Part shown: positions 35,801 through 46,277 of the stretch, piece by piece
Numbering within the stretch: position 1 is the stretch's first letter
Layout of the letters: the number at the start of each line of letters is the position of its first letter
From: Naegleria gruberi
Taxonomy: Eukaryota
Length of the DNA: 64,000 nt
Direction: 5' to 3' (one strand)
Assembly (NCBI GenBank): GCA_000004985.1
Contig: GG738883.1
The notes under the pieces: generated by a model
Databases searched by the model: none
The model's input: only the letters and a program-made list of their open reading frames with translations
Told to the model about the DNA's origin: nothing
Made by a program: the position numbers and the translations under genes

Positions 35801-36948
35801 TCTGTTATTATGTTGAAAATGTCATCCACATATTTCTTGATAGGTTGTCCAACACGTGTTGTTAATTCACCAAGAGCAAGAAATGATGAAGGTCTTTCGA
35901 ACCCGTTTTTGATAGCTTCTAATATCAAATTAATTGATCTATGTAAGTATTTCTCATTAAATCTTTCTCCGTAAAACTTTGCCAATACGGGTATAAGCTC
36001 AATGACAGTTCTTCTGACCATTTTATCTTTATGTGAGTGGAATCCAAGAACTGTATTACAGATGGCATCAAATTCATCTTTCAAGACATTTCCTGCAAAT
36101 CCTAATAATTCACCAATGGCAAGTAAAGCTCCGTGAACAACATCAGATTTAGCATTCTTAAAGTTGATATTTGTCTGATTATAAATATCTTGATACCAAA
36201 TATTACGGAAATTTGTTGGACGTTCTGATATTAAACCAAGAACAGCATGAAGTGCTTGCACTGAACCAATTCTAACACTTACGTTTGGATCAGTGAGTCC
36301 ATTCCAAATCACACTCAAAAAGCTTTGTACATGTCCATAAAATAGTGTAGGAGCATTTTCAGCAAGTTCTTTTAGAATAAACACTGCTGCATATCGTTTT
36401 CCGTCATCATTTTTCTTGTTGTTATTGTTATCACTTTCCAACCATTCCAAAGCTCTCTTAATTTCAAATTCAACCCATTCTGCTGTTAAAGTTTTAGATT
36501 CACTTGCTCTGGCTAATTTACCAAAAGTTTTGGCAACCATTAACACTATCTGAGACTCGTTAGATGGATTTGCTACTATATTCCTAAGACATTGATAAAA
36601 TCGAGTTTTGTTAATTTTCCTTTGATCATCGTATCTAACATCAATTAAAACGTCGATTAATACGATGGCAGCAATACGGTCATTTGTTTCTCTAGAGCTT
36701 GAAAACTCTACAATTTTACTATGGTAAATATCATCTATAAACTTGATAAAGTTGTCAGCTGAATATTCACGATATATTTTCTCAACCTATTATCATCAAG
36801 ATATTGTGTTTAATGTTTATAATATTATTTAGTTTGATGAACAACAATAAAAACATACCTGTGTTTTGAACAATTGAACCCCAATGTTCCTTTGTTCCTC
36901 GTTCTTGCTTGTTATATTTGAAAATATTTCTACCAATTCACTACTCAT
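29806..36948 (-). CDS. TOR: TOR (target of rapamycin) phosphatidylinositol-kinase-related kinase of about 2356 aa. Exons are 36859..36948 and 29806..36786, with a 72-nt intron 36787..36858.
   Basis: HEAT repeats, FAT, FRB ([21 protein letters not shown]), the PIKK catalytic core (GLGDRHPSNLML...HIDFGDCFE) and a C-terminal FATC ending ...CQMYIGWCAFW are all present. Track ORF 29806..36546 starts at an internal GTG and lacks the first ~110 residues. The added 30-codon exon 1 is MSSELVEIFSNITSKNEEQRNIGVQLFKTQ, with donor CAG|GTATGT and acceptor ATAATAG|. Together with the in-frame upstream portion of exon 2 it aligns to the mTOR N-terminus (FASGLKSRNEETR...ANERKGGILAIASLIGV). Confidence 0.95.
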
Positions 36949-37652
36949 TCTTTAATAATTTAGTGGTGATCATCAACTAAGAGTGATTTTTCTATACAAT
37001 ATTATTTACTATTCGTCGTGATGTGTGTTATTGTTGTATTTACTATAAAGGATTATTAGTAATAGCAAAATAATTTTACAGCAACAATAAATTACTACCC
37101 AAGAGAGGATTTCGAAGATGATGATGCTGGGTTGTTGCTGTAATTGTAGAAATTTTGCTTTTTTTTAAAAATAAATAAAAATCCATTACGTTAATTGAGA
37201 GGCGATTGGTGATGAATTATTTACTTCATCCTTCCTATCTGGAAGTTTTGTAAGAAATATTAAACGTTGTTTATGTTTGAATTGTCGAACCAATTTATTA
37301 GGAACAATTTCCTGTTAATGGCATCGTGAACCTGGAATGTAATGGTGCAACAATAAAACCAAAGGAATAAATAACTAAAATGAAAGAACTCAAAAATTTG
37401 AATAACATCTCCTCTCATTACCGCCTTAGAAGTAAATTATTCTTCATAATAAAACTCCTCTGAATCTGAACCTTTAATCTGGGATAACATAATCTATGAT
37501 AAGTAATATTGAAATGATTGTAGAATTATCAATATATTGACACTACTCAAAAGTAGAATATGGTATGATTCTTTTCAATTAATCCTTGCAAACAGATATT
37601 AAACAACTATGCAGTAGACATCTATTTTAAATATTATTCATTTTCAATATAA

Positions 37653-37724
37653 GGGACCATGGTCTAGTGGTATGATTCTCGCTTTGGGTGCGAGAGGCCG
37701 TGGGTTCGATTCCCACTGGTCCCC
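37653..37724 (+). tRNA. tRNA-Pro (UGG)
   Basis: The sequence is GGGACCATGGTCTAGTGGTATGATTCTCGCTTTGGGTGCGAGAGGCCGTGGGTTCGATTCCCACTGGTCCCC. It is the same gene as the minus-strand copy at 25605..25676. Confidence 0.9.
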
Positions 37725-37829
37725 ATTTCCTTTTTAAATTAATCCCATTTAAATTAGTATTGGTTTGTTTTTGCCTTAGTGCACTAAATTTATTAATAGA
37801 CTGTTTCAATTCCAAAATTGTAAAATGAT

Positions 37830-37901
37830 TAGCAAATCTAGGTTTCGATCCTAGGACCTATGGGTTATGAGCCCATCGCGCTTCCGCTGCGCCAATTTGC
37901 T
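37830..37901 (-). tRNA. Initiator tRNA-Met (CAU), intact.
   Basis: The reverse complement is AGCAAATTGGCGCAGCGGAAGCGCGATGGGCTCATAACCCATAGGTCCTAGGATCGAAACCTAGATTTGCTA. Eukaryotic initiator hallmarks are present: A1:U72, three consecutive G:C pairs in the anticodon stem, and A54 and A60 in the T-loop (ATCGAAA). It is near-identical to human tRNAi-Met across the D-arm, anticodon loop and T-loop. Confidence 0.9.
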
Positions 37902-38138
37902 TTACATTACTACAAAGTTATTATTTTTATTAATGTTATTGGCCAAGTGAACTTATAAACACAAATAATTGTTATTTAAGGAATTTATTAGAATAGCAAA
38001 CAACAAGTTTCAATACGGTAAGTGATACAATCTCTTTCGTAGGGATCCAAATTGAGTGTGCTAACTCAGATGGACCACCTTTGAGAACTTATAATAATTT
38101 ATGAGCTTGGCCTCTTGCATTCCATGATTATGTTTCAG

Positions 38139-38685
38139 CAGGTGTCATTGATTATGTTTTCAATGATGTTTTTGACAGTTTGACAGATATTGTTGATCCA
38201 GCTAATTGTGTTAGATTGCAAACTTTTCCAAGGTATCAACTACTTTCTATGGGTGATGAATTCTTTGCTCCGTAAGTTTTCTTACAAAATTTCATTATTT
38301 AATCTCACCTTCCTTAATGTATAGGGATCTTAATGCACTTTCCTATTCAAAGATTAAGGATGAAAAGTATGTTCGTTTCCTTCCAAACACTGCTCACTAC
38401 ATGTTCAACACTGATGTTCTTACTGTTCTTGGAACATTCTACATTTCCAGATTGAATAATGCAATTCTTCCAAAGTACAATTTCTCTCATGAATATGTGA
38501 ATGCAGGTGTTGTCATTTATGTTTCAGTTAGTAATGGAATTAAGCCATCCAGTGTTAAAGTTTGGAACGCCACCAATCCATTTGCACACGATTTCAGAAC
38601 TTCCACCATTGGATCCAATGTTTGGCAAAATCAAACCTTAATTGAAACTCAACCACTCGTGACTGGAAACGAATCAGCTGAATAA
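38139..38685 (+). CDS. 3' portion (two exons, 38139..38271 and 38325..38685) of a gene encoding a possible PhoPQ-activated-pathogenicity-related (PqaA-like) secreted protein. The 5' exons were not identified.
   Basis: The 53-nt intron 38272..38324 has a GTAAGT donor and TATAG acceptor and joins ...MGDEFFAP to DLNALSYSKIKDEKYVRFLPNTAHYMFNTD... in frame. The acceptor TGTTTCAG at 38131-38138 precedes the first exon, which implies an upstream exon. The ORF is closed upstream at the inverted-repeat boundary. The family assignment is from memory of the PqaA-like C-terminal region and is uncertain. Confidence 0.4.
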
Positions 38686-38955
38686 TCCTTTTCATCGAAA
38701 TTGGTTTGTATAGTCCTTGTAAATGATTGAAGGGAGTGTTAAAACATTGTAGATTTGATTTGGATGAGGATCTTAGGAGAAAACTGCATAAATTTGTATT
38801 AATTGCTGCAGTTTCTATGTGGGATTTGGATGAGAACCGAAATTTAAAATTGGAATACCCGATAGAGAGTTGGCATTCAAAAACTAAAATGACACCCATA
38901 CTTGCAAAGTCAACATATTGATAACCACCTATGAATGGTGCTTGATAAAACTCTT

Positions 38956-39189
38956 TCAATAATTCTCTCCTCTTAAACACTGATTAAAATTGTGCAATAA
39001 CATTTCCTCTCTCATAACCCTTGCATCAATTTTAAATAGTTTACAAATAGTGTCATTGTAAATTGTCTTATCAAAATAATCTGCTCTCAACATTTCTGCA
39101 AAATATTTGCTAGATCTCTCCATAATGGCAATACTGGGCAGTGGTAAGGTAATATCGGGTGAGTGGTAAACATCAGAAAGTGATGACAT
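38956..39189 (-). CDS. Small ORF of 77 aa with weak BTB/POZ-like N-terminal similarity. Possibly a fragment.
   Basis: ITLPLPSIAIMERSSKYFAEMLRADYFD resembles the BTB core (VTL...AHRAVLAARSPYFRAMF). It is short with no clear splice continuation. Confidence 0.2.
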   Translation of the reverse strand: MSSLSDVYHSPDITLPLPSIAIMERSSKYFAEMLRADYFDKTIYNDTICKLFKIDARVMREEMLLHNFNQCLRGENY

Positions 39190-39438
39190 TTTTTTAAAGA
39201 TATTTAATTTATTTAATATTCACCATCTCCTTAACACCCACGAAATGCTTGGTGATATTCTCCTTACCAGGTAAGTAATTTTTACCAATCACTTTCATAT
39301 TACTCCACAGAGAGGCCATTAAATAAACGAATCTTTACAAAGTAAGGCAGCCTTAAATATCAACAAAGAATCTTAGTTAGTCTAAAGATTTGGTCTCAGG
39401 CTGTTATTGATATAAGACATCTAATAAAGTTTCTCGTT

Positions 39439-39927
39439 TTATTCTACGCTAATAGGACCAATATTAAGTAATGTTAATTGTTTCATTTCACTTATGTATT
39501 TGGATCCTTCTGCACCAATTTGATTTCTACCAATATTAAGTAATGTTAATTGTTTCATTTCACTTATGAATTTGGCTCCTTCATCACCAATTTGATTTCT
39601 ACCAATATAAAGTGATGTTAATTGTTTCATTTCACTTATGAATTTGGCTCCTTCATCACCAATTTGATTGCCATCAATATTAAGTGATGTTAATTGTTTC
39701 ATTTCACTTATGAATTTAACTGTATCTGGAGAGTTAAGCAACTTATTAGAAAACTTAATGTTTACAATACTATTCATGAATTGACTTTTCATTAACAATT
39801 CAATTCTATTTTCTGTAAATTGTTTTTTAAATTGAATAACAAGTTTTGAACGTTCCTTGATCACATTAAACCATTGTTTTGAAATTAAAGAACAATTATT
39901 CAAAATAAACCACGAATCATCAATCAT
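39439..39927 (-). CDS. RNI-type leucine-rich-repeat protein of at least 162 aa, built from tandem 24-aa LRR units. The N-terminus may be incomplete.
   Basis: Four near-identical units ISEMKQLTSL(N/Y)IG(R/G)NQIGDEGAKF are encoded by a 72-bp DNA tandem repeat. Confidence 0.6.
   Translation of the reverse strand: MIDDSWFILNNCSLISKQWFNVIKERSKLVIQFKKQFTENRIELLMKSQFMNSIVNIKFSNKLLNSPDTVKFISEMKQLTSLNIDGNQIGDEGAKFISEMKQLTSLYIGRNQIGDEGAKFISEMKQLTLLNIGRNQIGAEGSKYISEMKQLTLLNIGPISVE
39459..39720. repeat. 72-bp tandem repeat (about 3.6 units) encoding the LRR units of gene 39439..39927.
   Basis: The unit CAATATTAAGTAATGTTAATTGTTTCATTTCACTTATG(T/A)ATTTGG(A/C)TCCTTC(T/A)(G/T)CACCAATTTGATTTCTAC repeats at ~90% identity between units. 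Confidence 0.85.
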
Positions 39928-40932
39928 GCAAATAATTTCAAAACAAACATCATCCGAAAATATAATATTCTCTATTAATTAGCAATTCATTTCATTAATT
40001 ATTATTATTATGAAAACAACCCTTCGAGAAAATACCAACCTTCTACAGGTTTTACCTCCATCACGATGATAATAATGATAGCAGGAATATTGGTAGTTTT
40101 TTCTGATAGAATATCGCAAACAATTCTTAATGTTCCATCATGTTCGCACAAATTAAAAGAATCAACAAATCAATAAGAATGGGCTTGTTCTGTAAAGTAT
40201 TTTTTTCAAAGTCAATACAGTAATTAATATTTTATGACAGAGTAATAATATTAATTACTTACTGTGATAGATAATATCAATTACCAATATTTGCCAAATT
40301 TCCTTGGTCTAGCAATAAATGTGTGTGATTCTTCTTCTAATAACTGTTGAATAACATCAGTTTTATCAACATGCCGTTCTTGATAATAGCAGAAAAGTTG
40401 TTGTCATCTTGATGTCTTCATTAATTATTGTACTCTCAATTTTCTGTATTTTTCTAACAATTGTTCTTCTGGTTTGGATAGGGATGGTTCTGCTATTTCC
40501 TCTTCTTCATTATTCGCTCTCTTCATTTTTTTAACAATATTTATCACAGTTTATTTTGGTTCTGATTTGTGGAAGCTTAATACATAAACTAAGGGTGTTA
40601 TCATTATCACAATTCACAATTCAAAGTTGAAAAGTGATAGGGAAATTGTGGCGAAGGCCTTCGCTCAGAACCTACTTCTCTGATATTTGCTTAAGAGCAT
40701 TTGATGCATGTTGTCATAATTTGAATGACATTTGGCGTCCAATGTGTAAAAGCTAGTACAGCTACATTGAAGAAACAACAGAGGAAGCAGGTACATTAGC
40801 TCGAATTGTAATTGGAAATTGAGAATTGAAATTCCATTTGCTTGTGAATTTTCTGCATTACCAGATTCAAAGAAATTTAAAACAATATCCAAATCCTTTA
40901 TTATTCAACATTAAGATTTTAAAATATTGATT

Positions 40933-41051
40933 GGCTACGGCCATATCACGATTCATGCACCTCATCCCGTCCGATTTGAGAAGTTAAGCATCGTCGAGCC
41001 ACATCAGTACTGAGGTTGGAGACAACTTGGGAACCTGTGGTGCTGTAGTCT
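40933..41051 (+). rRNA. 5S ribosomal RNA
   Basis: GGCTACGGCCATATCACGATTCATGCACCTCATCCCGTCCGATTTGAGAAGTTAAGCATCGTCGAGCC...TGGGAACCTGTGGTGCTGTAGTC matches the eukaryotic 5S consensus. Shared elements are CCCGTCCGAT, GAAGTTAAGC, AGTACT, GGGAGAC/GGAGACA, TGGGAA and GGTGCTGTAG. The 5' and 3' ends pair to form helix I. A TTTT Pol III terminator follows immediately. Confidence 0.9.
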
Positions 41052-41259
41052 TTTGCTTATTGGTTTTTCTGTTGAGGTAGTAGAAATTGAAAATTAAAGT
41101 TGTGTTATCCTGAGCTCTTCTCAATGTATTATCCTCTGTGCTACTCTGGGAGATTCTCCAACAACTACCTTAACAACCTTTCTTTTTGTAAACTGTGTGT
41201 TTACCAATATTGTTGAATATTCGCCCGATTGGTAAGTGTTTTGAACTTACAAAAAAAAA

Positions 41260-42324
41260 ATGCGACTATCAAATATCTTTCAAATTTTGCCTCACGATTT
41301 AATCAAAGAAATTCTCAGCCACATCAATTGTGTCGAACTAATATTCTCGCTCACACAAGTGTCTCGATATTGGAGAAGTGTTTGTCATGAATTTATGTGG
41401 CAACACTATCAAGAAACAAATTATTTAAGGCCTCCTCCTCCTCCGAAGAATCTAGATTCGTCATTTGAATTTCTCTACTCACCAGAAGGAAGAAAATTCA
41501 CCAAATATTTGCTCCGAAAACAAGTTTATGAATTTTCGAGTAAATTACAGAATAGTATTGAAAAAGGAAGTGATTCCTTCTCAAAAATGATTTTGTTGAA
41601 AGAGGAGTGGGTTGATGAAGAATTGAAAATTCTCAAGGGATACTTTAGACAATATTTTGATTTACAAGAATTGAAAACTGAAACGATTTCACGAGGATCG
41701 AATAGTTTTATTGGAAATACGTTTTCTTTTATTGGATCTTTCTTTTCAAGTAAATCAAAATCAACGAATAGCTTATCAAATTCAACAGTATCTCACAAAG
41801 ATGAAAACTATCTCACAAAGATACTTTTGGATGGTGAATCTGGAAGTGGAAAGACTTCACTACTCAATTGTGTCTTTTATAATTCACCTGTTGTTCCAAA
41901 TGCTTACGTTCCTTGCATGGGTGAAATGCCCATTAAAAATTATCAATTTGGAAACACAGCAAGAGTCAAAATTCAAATTTGGGATCTTCCAGGAAATACT
42001 CGTTTTAGAAGTATTTCTACATCCTATCATAGAGGAGCCACATTTTTTTTACTATTTGTTGATCCTTATTCAATTGATTACAATAGCTCACTAAAAGAAA
42101 AGCTGGAATATATGAAGAGTTATCTACCTGGAAAGGAAGTAATTTTCATTACAACAAAGAAAGATCGTACCAATGAGAAAAGATACTTTTCGAATGAACA
42201 AGCAGATCAGTTTGCTTTCGAAAATTTTGGTGGAATTCATTTAGATATTACCAATACTCAATTGGATGAACCAAAAACTATTGTATTATATTGTGCACTA
42301 CTCAAATATTTACTTTCTCCTTAA
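41260..42324 (+). CDS. F-box protein fused to a C-terminal Ras-superfamily (Rab-like) small GTPase domain, 354 aa.
   Basis: The F-box is LPHDLIKEILSHINCVELIFSLTQVSRYWRSV. The GTPase has G1 GESGSGKT, G3 WDLPGN and G4 TTKKD, with a Rab-like layout. The start context is AAAAAAAAAATG. Confidence 0.75.
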   Translation: MRLSNIFQILPHDLIKEILSHINCVELIFSLTQVSRYWRSVCHEFMWQHYQETNYLRPPPPPKNLDSSFEFLYSPEGRKFTKYLLRKQVYEFSSKLQNSIEKGSDSFSKMILLKEEWVDEELKILKGYFRQYFDLQELKTETISRGSNSFIGNTFSFIGSFFSSKSKSTNSLSNSTVSHKDENYLTKILLDGESGSGKTSLLNCVFYNSPVVPNAYVPCMGEMPIKNYQFGNTARVKIQIWDLPGNTRFRSISTSYHRGATFFLLFVDPYSIDYNSSLKEKLEYMKSYLPGKEVIFITTKKDRTNEKRYFSNEQADQFAFENFGGIHLDITNTQLDEPKTIVLYCALLKYLLSP

Positions 42325-42379
42325 ACATTCCAATACTATTATTTAACAAAAACAAATTCGTTTTTCATTAAAGAAAAAA

Positions 42380-43705
42380 ATGTCGCTAACTAAACTGGCA
42401 AATGATGAATGGTTTGAAATTGCTCAATATTTATCTCCGTGTGATCTTTACAGAGTTTCACAAATTAGTCAACAATTTTATAATGAATATTTCTCTAATC
42501 AACAAGATTCGTTTTCTTTCCGATGGTTTCCACAAATGATTTGTAAAAAAGTAATTGATCAGGTGGAGAGGAGTTTTTGCCTTCTGAGCGATCAAGAAAA
42601 TTCGCTTTATCAAAAAATTATAAAAGACGAAACCTTTATATCCAGAGCAGAATGGAAACAATTATTGAAAATTTATTTAAAATCAAGTTATTTAAAAGTC
42701 ATGATGTGGAATATTACAAGGGATGATGGCGATTTTCTAGTTTATTTTCCATCGAGATTAGTTAATCATGATTGTGAAATTCTTTCAAGAAAATTATTCT
42801 TGAAATCGAATAATGATGAATACAGAGATGAGGATGAAATGATCTTGATTCATGGATACAAACAGGGAACAGACAATTTAATAATATTTTCAAAAGAATT
42901 GGTTGATAAGACAAGACAAGTTAACGAAACAATTCACATTTCTCAAATCATTGATTTAAAACTAGCTCATTTAGATTCTTCACACAGTATTTTACGAAAG
43001 ATATTATTGAAGATGTGGGAAAACTCTCCTCACAAGAGGTTGTATCAGTCATTGGATATGATCGTAAAGCAGGAAATTACCTATCCTAATAAGAAATTAA
43101 CTTTTCAAGTTATGCAATTGAATAGAATGCAAAAGAAGATAGTTTTAGATTTTCCAGAAGTAGGACTCCACTCAGCACAAGTCAACCTTCAGGTTAGACC
43201 ATTCAAAATCAGCTATGTATTTTCAAATCAAAGTCTGTGGATCTCATTTAAAATCTTAATCAGAGAATTGATAATTGTTGCCATGATGCTCATTTACATT
43301 TGGTTTAGAACTAAATTATCTTGGAATGGAAATTCTTATTCATGGTTCGAATGTACTATTCGATCTATTCAGGCTCTTTATGTGAATTCTGATTTTTCCT
43401 TCCTTTCAGTGATACAAATGATATTCTACGCCATGGTTTATTTGTTCATTTTTATTTTCGGAGGAAAATATGAACGTGCAATCTCTACAATTAGTATGGG
43501 GTATTTTTTCATAGCTCAGGCACATCTTGGACTATTGGAGGAATCACAATCTAACATTGTACAAGTTGTGAATGCTTCGTTTGAGCTTATTCATATTACA
43601 CATTTGGCTAAATTGCTGGTACAAAACATACAGGGAGGGATAGTTAAAAGATGCAGGTTTTGGATCAAGTCTGTTTTGGATAAATTTTGGCATGCATCTG
43701 AATAG
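42380..43705 (+). CDS. F-box-like protein of 441 aa with a hydrophobic, probably transmembrane, C-terminal region.
   Basis: The N-terminus WFEIAQYLSPCDLYRVSQISQQF is F-box-like. C-terminal hydrophobic helices are IIVAMMLIYIWF and MIFYAMVYLFIFIFGG. Confidence 0.55.
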   Translation: MSLTKLANDEWFEIAQYLSPCDLYRVSQISQQFYNEYFSNQQDSFSFRWFPQMICKKVIDQVERSFCLLSDQENSLYQKIIKDETFISRAEWKQLLKIYLKSSYLKVMMWNITRDDGDFLVYFPSRLVNHDCEILSRKLFLKSNNDEYRDEDEMILIHGYKQGTDNLIIFSKELVDKTRQVNETIHISQIIDLKLAHLDSSHSILRKILLKMWENSPHKRLYQSLDMIVKQEITYPNKKLTFQVMQLNRMQKKIVLDFPEVGLHSAQVNLQVRPFKISYVFSNQSLWISFKILIRELIIVAMMLIYIWFRTKLSWNGNSYSWFECTIRSIQALYVNSDFSFLSVIQMIFYAMVYLFIFIFGGKYERAISTISMGYFFIAQAHLGLLEESQSNIVQVVNASFELIHITHLAKLLVQNIQGGIVKRCRFWIKSVLDKFWHASE

Positions 43706-43756
43706 GTCAATAGTTCCAAAAGGTATTCATTTATGTCTCCAATAAATTCCATATTA

Positions 43757-44997
43757 TTAATTCTTAGCATTCAACATTTTGATTGCTTCATTGAAATATT
43801 CTGGAGTTTCAGATGTAAATTCCAAATATTTTCCAGTTTTTGGATGTTTAAAACCCAAATATGAAGCATGCAAGAATTGTCCCTTCTCAGTTGCAAACTT
43901 TTCAAATCCTTCCTCTTGTTTGGATTGCTTTTTTTTCTTAGTCTTTTTACTAGCTTTGAATCGAGGGTTATAGAGGGCATCTCCTACAAGTGGTCTATTA
44001 AGGTGGGCCATTGATACTCTAATTTGGTGAGTTCCTTTGAAATAATTGTTAATTAAACATTTCTCAAATACTTACTTCCAGTTAAAAGTTTACATCTCAC
44101 AAGTGTTAAAACTTTACAACCAGTTAAATTATTGACTGGGAAGGTTTTTTGCTCCTTATATTCAGTAATACTGAGTTTGGCACCAGTTTCTAGTGCATTG
44201 TTAGTTACCTCTCTCTTGGATGGCATGGAGTGATGTCTCTTTATGTAAATTTCAATTCTTCCTTCTGATTGGTTCAATTCATTTTCTACAAGGGCTTGGT
44301 AGTATCTGGTTATTTTATCTTCATTATTTTCATCTCCTACATTCTTATTTTCGAATAATTTCTTCAATGCCAAATGAGTTTCATCATCTTTGGCAACAAC
44401 CATAATTCCACTAGTGTCTCTATCCAATCTGTGAACAATACCAGGTCTGTAATGTTCTTCACAGCTTCCACAAGTAGATAATTTTCCATTTGTGTGGAAT
44501 AAGAGAGCATTCACCAAAGTTCCAGTAGTATTTCTTGGTTTTGGTTTTAAAGAAGGATGCACTGTCATGAATTTAGGCTTATCCAAAACAATGAGAAAAT
44601 CATCTTCAAACAGAATGTTGAGAGGAATGTTTTCTGGCATGATTGCATCACTTGTAGTTGATGAGGAAGCAGCATTTTCCTCTGTAGTATTACTGGCTAC
44701 TGATAATTGTTCAGAACTTGATGATTCCGAAGAGGCTGTTGTTGTCTTTTCCTTTCTTTCCTTCACAATAACCACATCACCATGTCGTAATTTGAGAGCA
44801 GGCTTATTAGTCTCCTCATCATTATATAAAAATCTGTACTTTGAATTTTCTCCATTTGAATATTGAATTGTCTTTCCGAGTGATGATTTTGAAACTTGTC
44901 TCTCCTTGAAGAAACAATCAAATAGAAAGACATCGAGTCTTTCCTTGTGGTAATCAACAGAAACAGTCAAACTTGCAATCTGCTCAAAAGAAGACAT
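43757..44997 (-). CDS. RluA-family pseudouridine synthase of about 399 aa. Exons are 44076..44997 and 43757..44034, with a 41-nt intron 44035..44075.
   Basis: The catalytic motif is HRLDRDTSGIMVVAK. Splicing (donor GGAA|GTAAGT, acceptor TTCAAAG|) yields [26 protein letters not shown]. This reconstitutes the conserved GRTHQIRVH...HPLVGD motif, which is otherwise split between two track ORFs. There is an S4-like N-terminal region. Confidence 0.9.
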
Positions 44998-46277
44998 TTT
45001 TTAATATTATTGCAAATCAAATTCAAACTTTATTTGCAATAAAAAATTGTGCAAGAAGTTGTTGTTAATAATTAGTAATTGTTTTTGGATGGAAAGAGGA
45101 TGGATCCTTCTTGCTGTAAAAATGTAAGATTGGGGCGGATTAGTATTTACATTGGTTTGGATTGATAAGAAAAAGTCTCATCAATATTGTACATGGGCTC
45201 ATTATTATTACAAGGAAAAATAGTATTACAATTTGTTGTCAGTCACAGTCTACTACACACATATTTACAAGTTATTCATCTTGACCAAAAAGTTCTTCAA
45301 AAAGCCTGTTTGTGGAGAACTAAGAGAACTTCCACTGTTACTTCTTTGTCTAGAATCAGTTGAGAAGACCTTTTCATATTGACCAAGGCATGGATTATAT
45401 TCCATCTTATAGTTAGGAATGGACTTGACAACAGATGAGGAAACGTTATTGGTGTTCATTGTTAGGGTTTGATGTTGTTGTATTTGTTTTAAGTTTGATT
45501 ACTTGTTGGTGGGAAATTGTGTGACATCATAAGGCATCAAGAAAATTCAGTTAGAATCATCGCATATTTTTAGAATGGAAATTTTCCGTAATTTGACGAG
45601 ATAAGTCTTGCAAAGATTGGACGGTTGCATGTGAATCGACAATTACAAAGACCTTTTTGTAACTCACAGACCAGTTCCTTGAGGAAATTTTTTGTTGTAT
45701 GAAGCCAAGTTGTTTGAGGAAGAGCTCTTCCTCAAACCGCTTAATCGAATTGTTGGAATTTTTAATAAGGTGACCTTTGGATGCGAAATTATTAAGAAAA
45801 TTTATTTATAGAGTTGATGAGGTGGCGACTAAAGTTATTAATTGCTTGAGAGTAACAATTTAGATCCTTAGAGGAGTTTACAATCATTTCTTTTTTAAAA
45901 TTAGAGGTGGTGTGCTGATAGTACCAATTATGTGATAATGCTAATATAATTTTTATTTTGAAAGAGATTGAATTTCACTTTATCTCCAAATAATTACAAA
46001 ATTGGAATATTACATGCTGTGAAAATTAGTGAAAGAGGAGATTCCAATGCTTGCATGTGTGAAAACACAACTTCAACTGTAATAGAAACTCTTAATATTT
46101 AATTACAAGATCGCTCCACCTTAACTTGACAGATTTTTATAACTCTATCACCACTAGCATATTATGAAATGATCCACTGGACCGTTTTGATATTTTCAAA
46201 TGAATGATAATGGGTGTGGATATTGATGCCCTGTTAAGGGGTGCACTTTAAATTTCTCATCACAAAAATTTGTCATC

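Larger units (their letters stand above)
37605..38044. repeat. Inverted-repeat copy B (~440 bp), carrying tRNA-Pro (+) and the intact tRNAi-Met (-).
   Basis: See copy A. The boundaries are where alignment is lost: ATGTCTA at the Pro side and CCTACGAAAG at the Met side. Confidence 0.85.

Noticed and set aside
29806-36546. Track ORF starts shown as M at non-ATG codons (GTG at 36546, TTG at 15842, GTG at 48937)
   Set aside because: The ORF track evidently allows alternative initiation codons. For a eukaryote I re-anchored the starts to the first plausible ATG or to a spliced exon.
38594-38980. 128-aa minus-strand ORF
   Set aside because: It lies antisense to the better-supported plus-strand exon 38325..38685 and has no recognisable features.
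45265-45459. 64-aa minus-strand ORF in the 1.3-kb intergenic gap before the MACPF gene
   Set aside because: It is short with no motifs or splice context. The gap may instead hold UTRs or the promoter of the MACPF gene.
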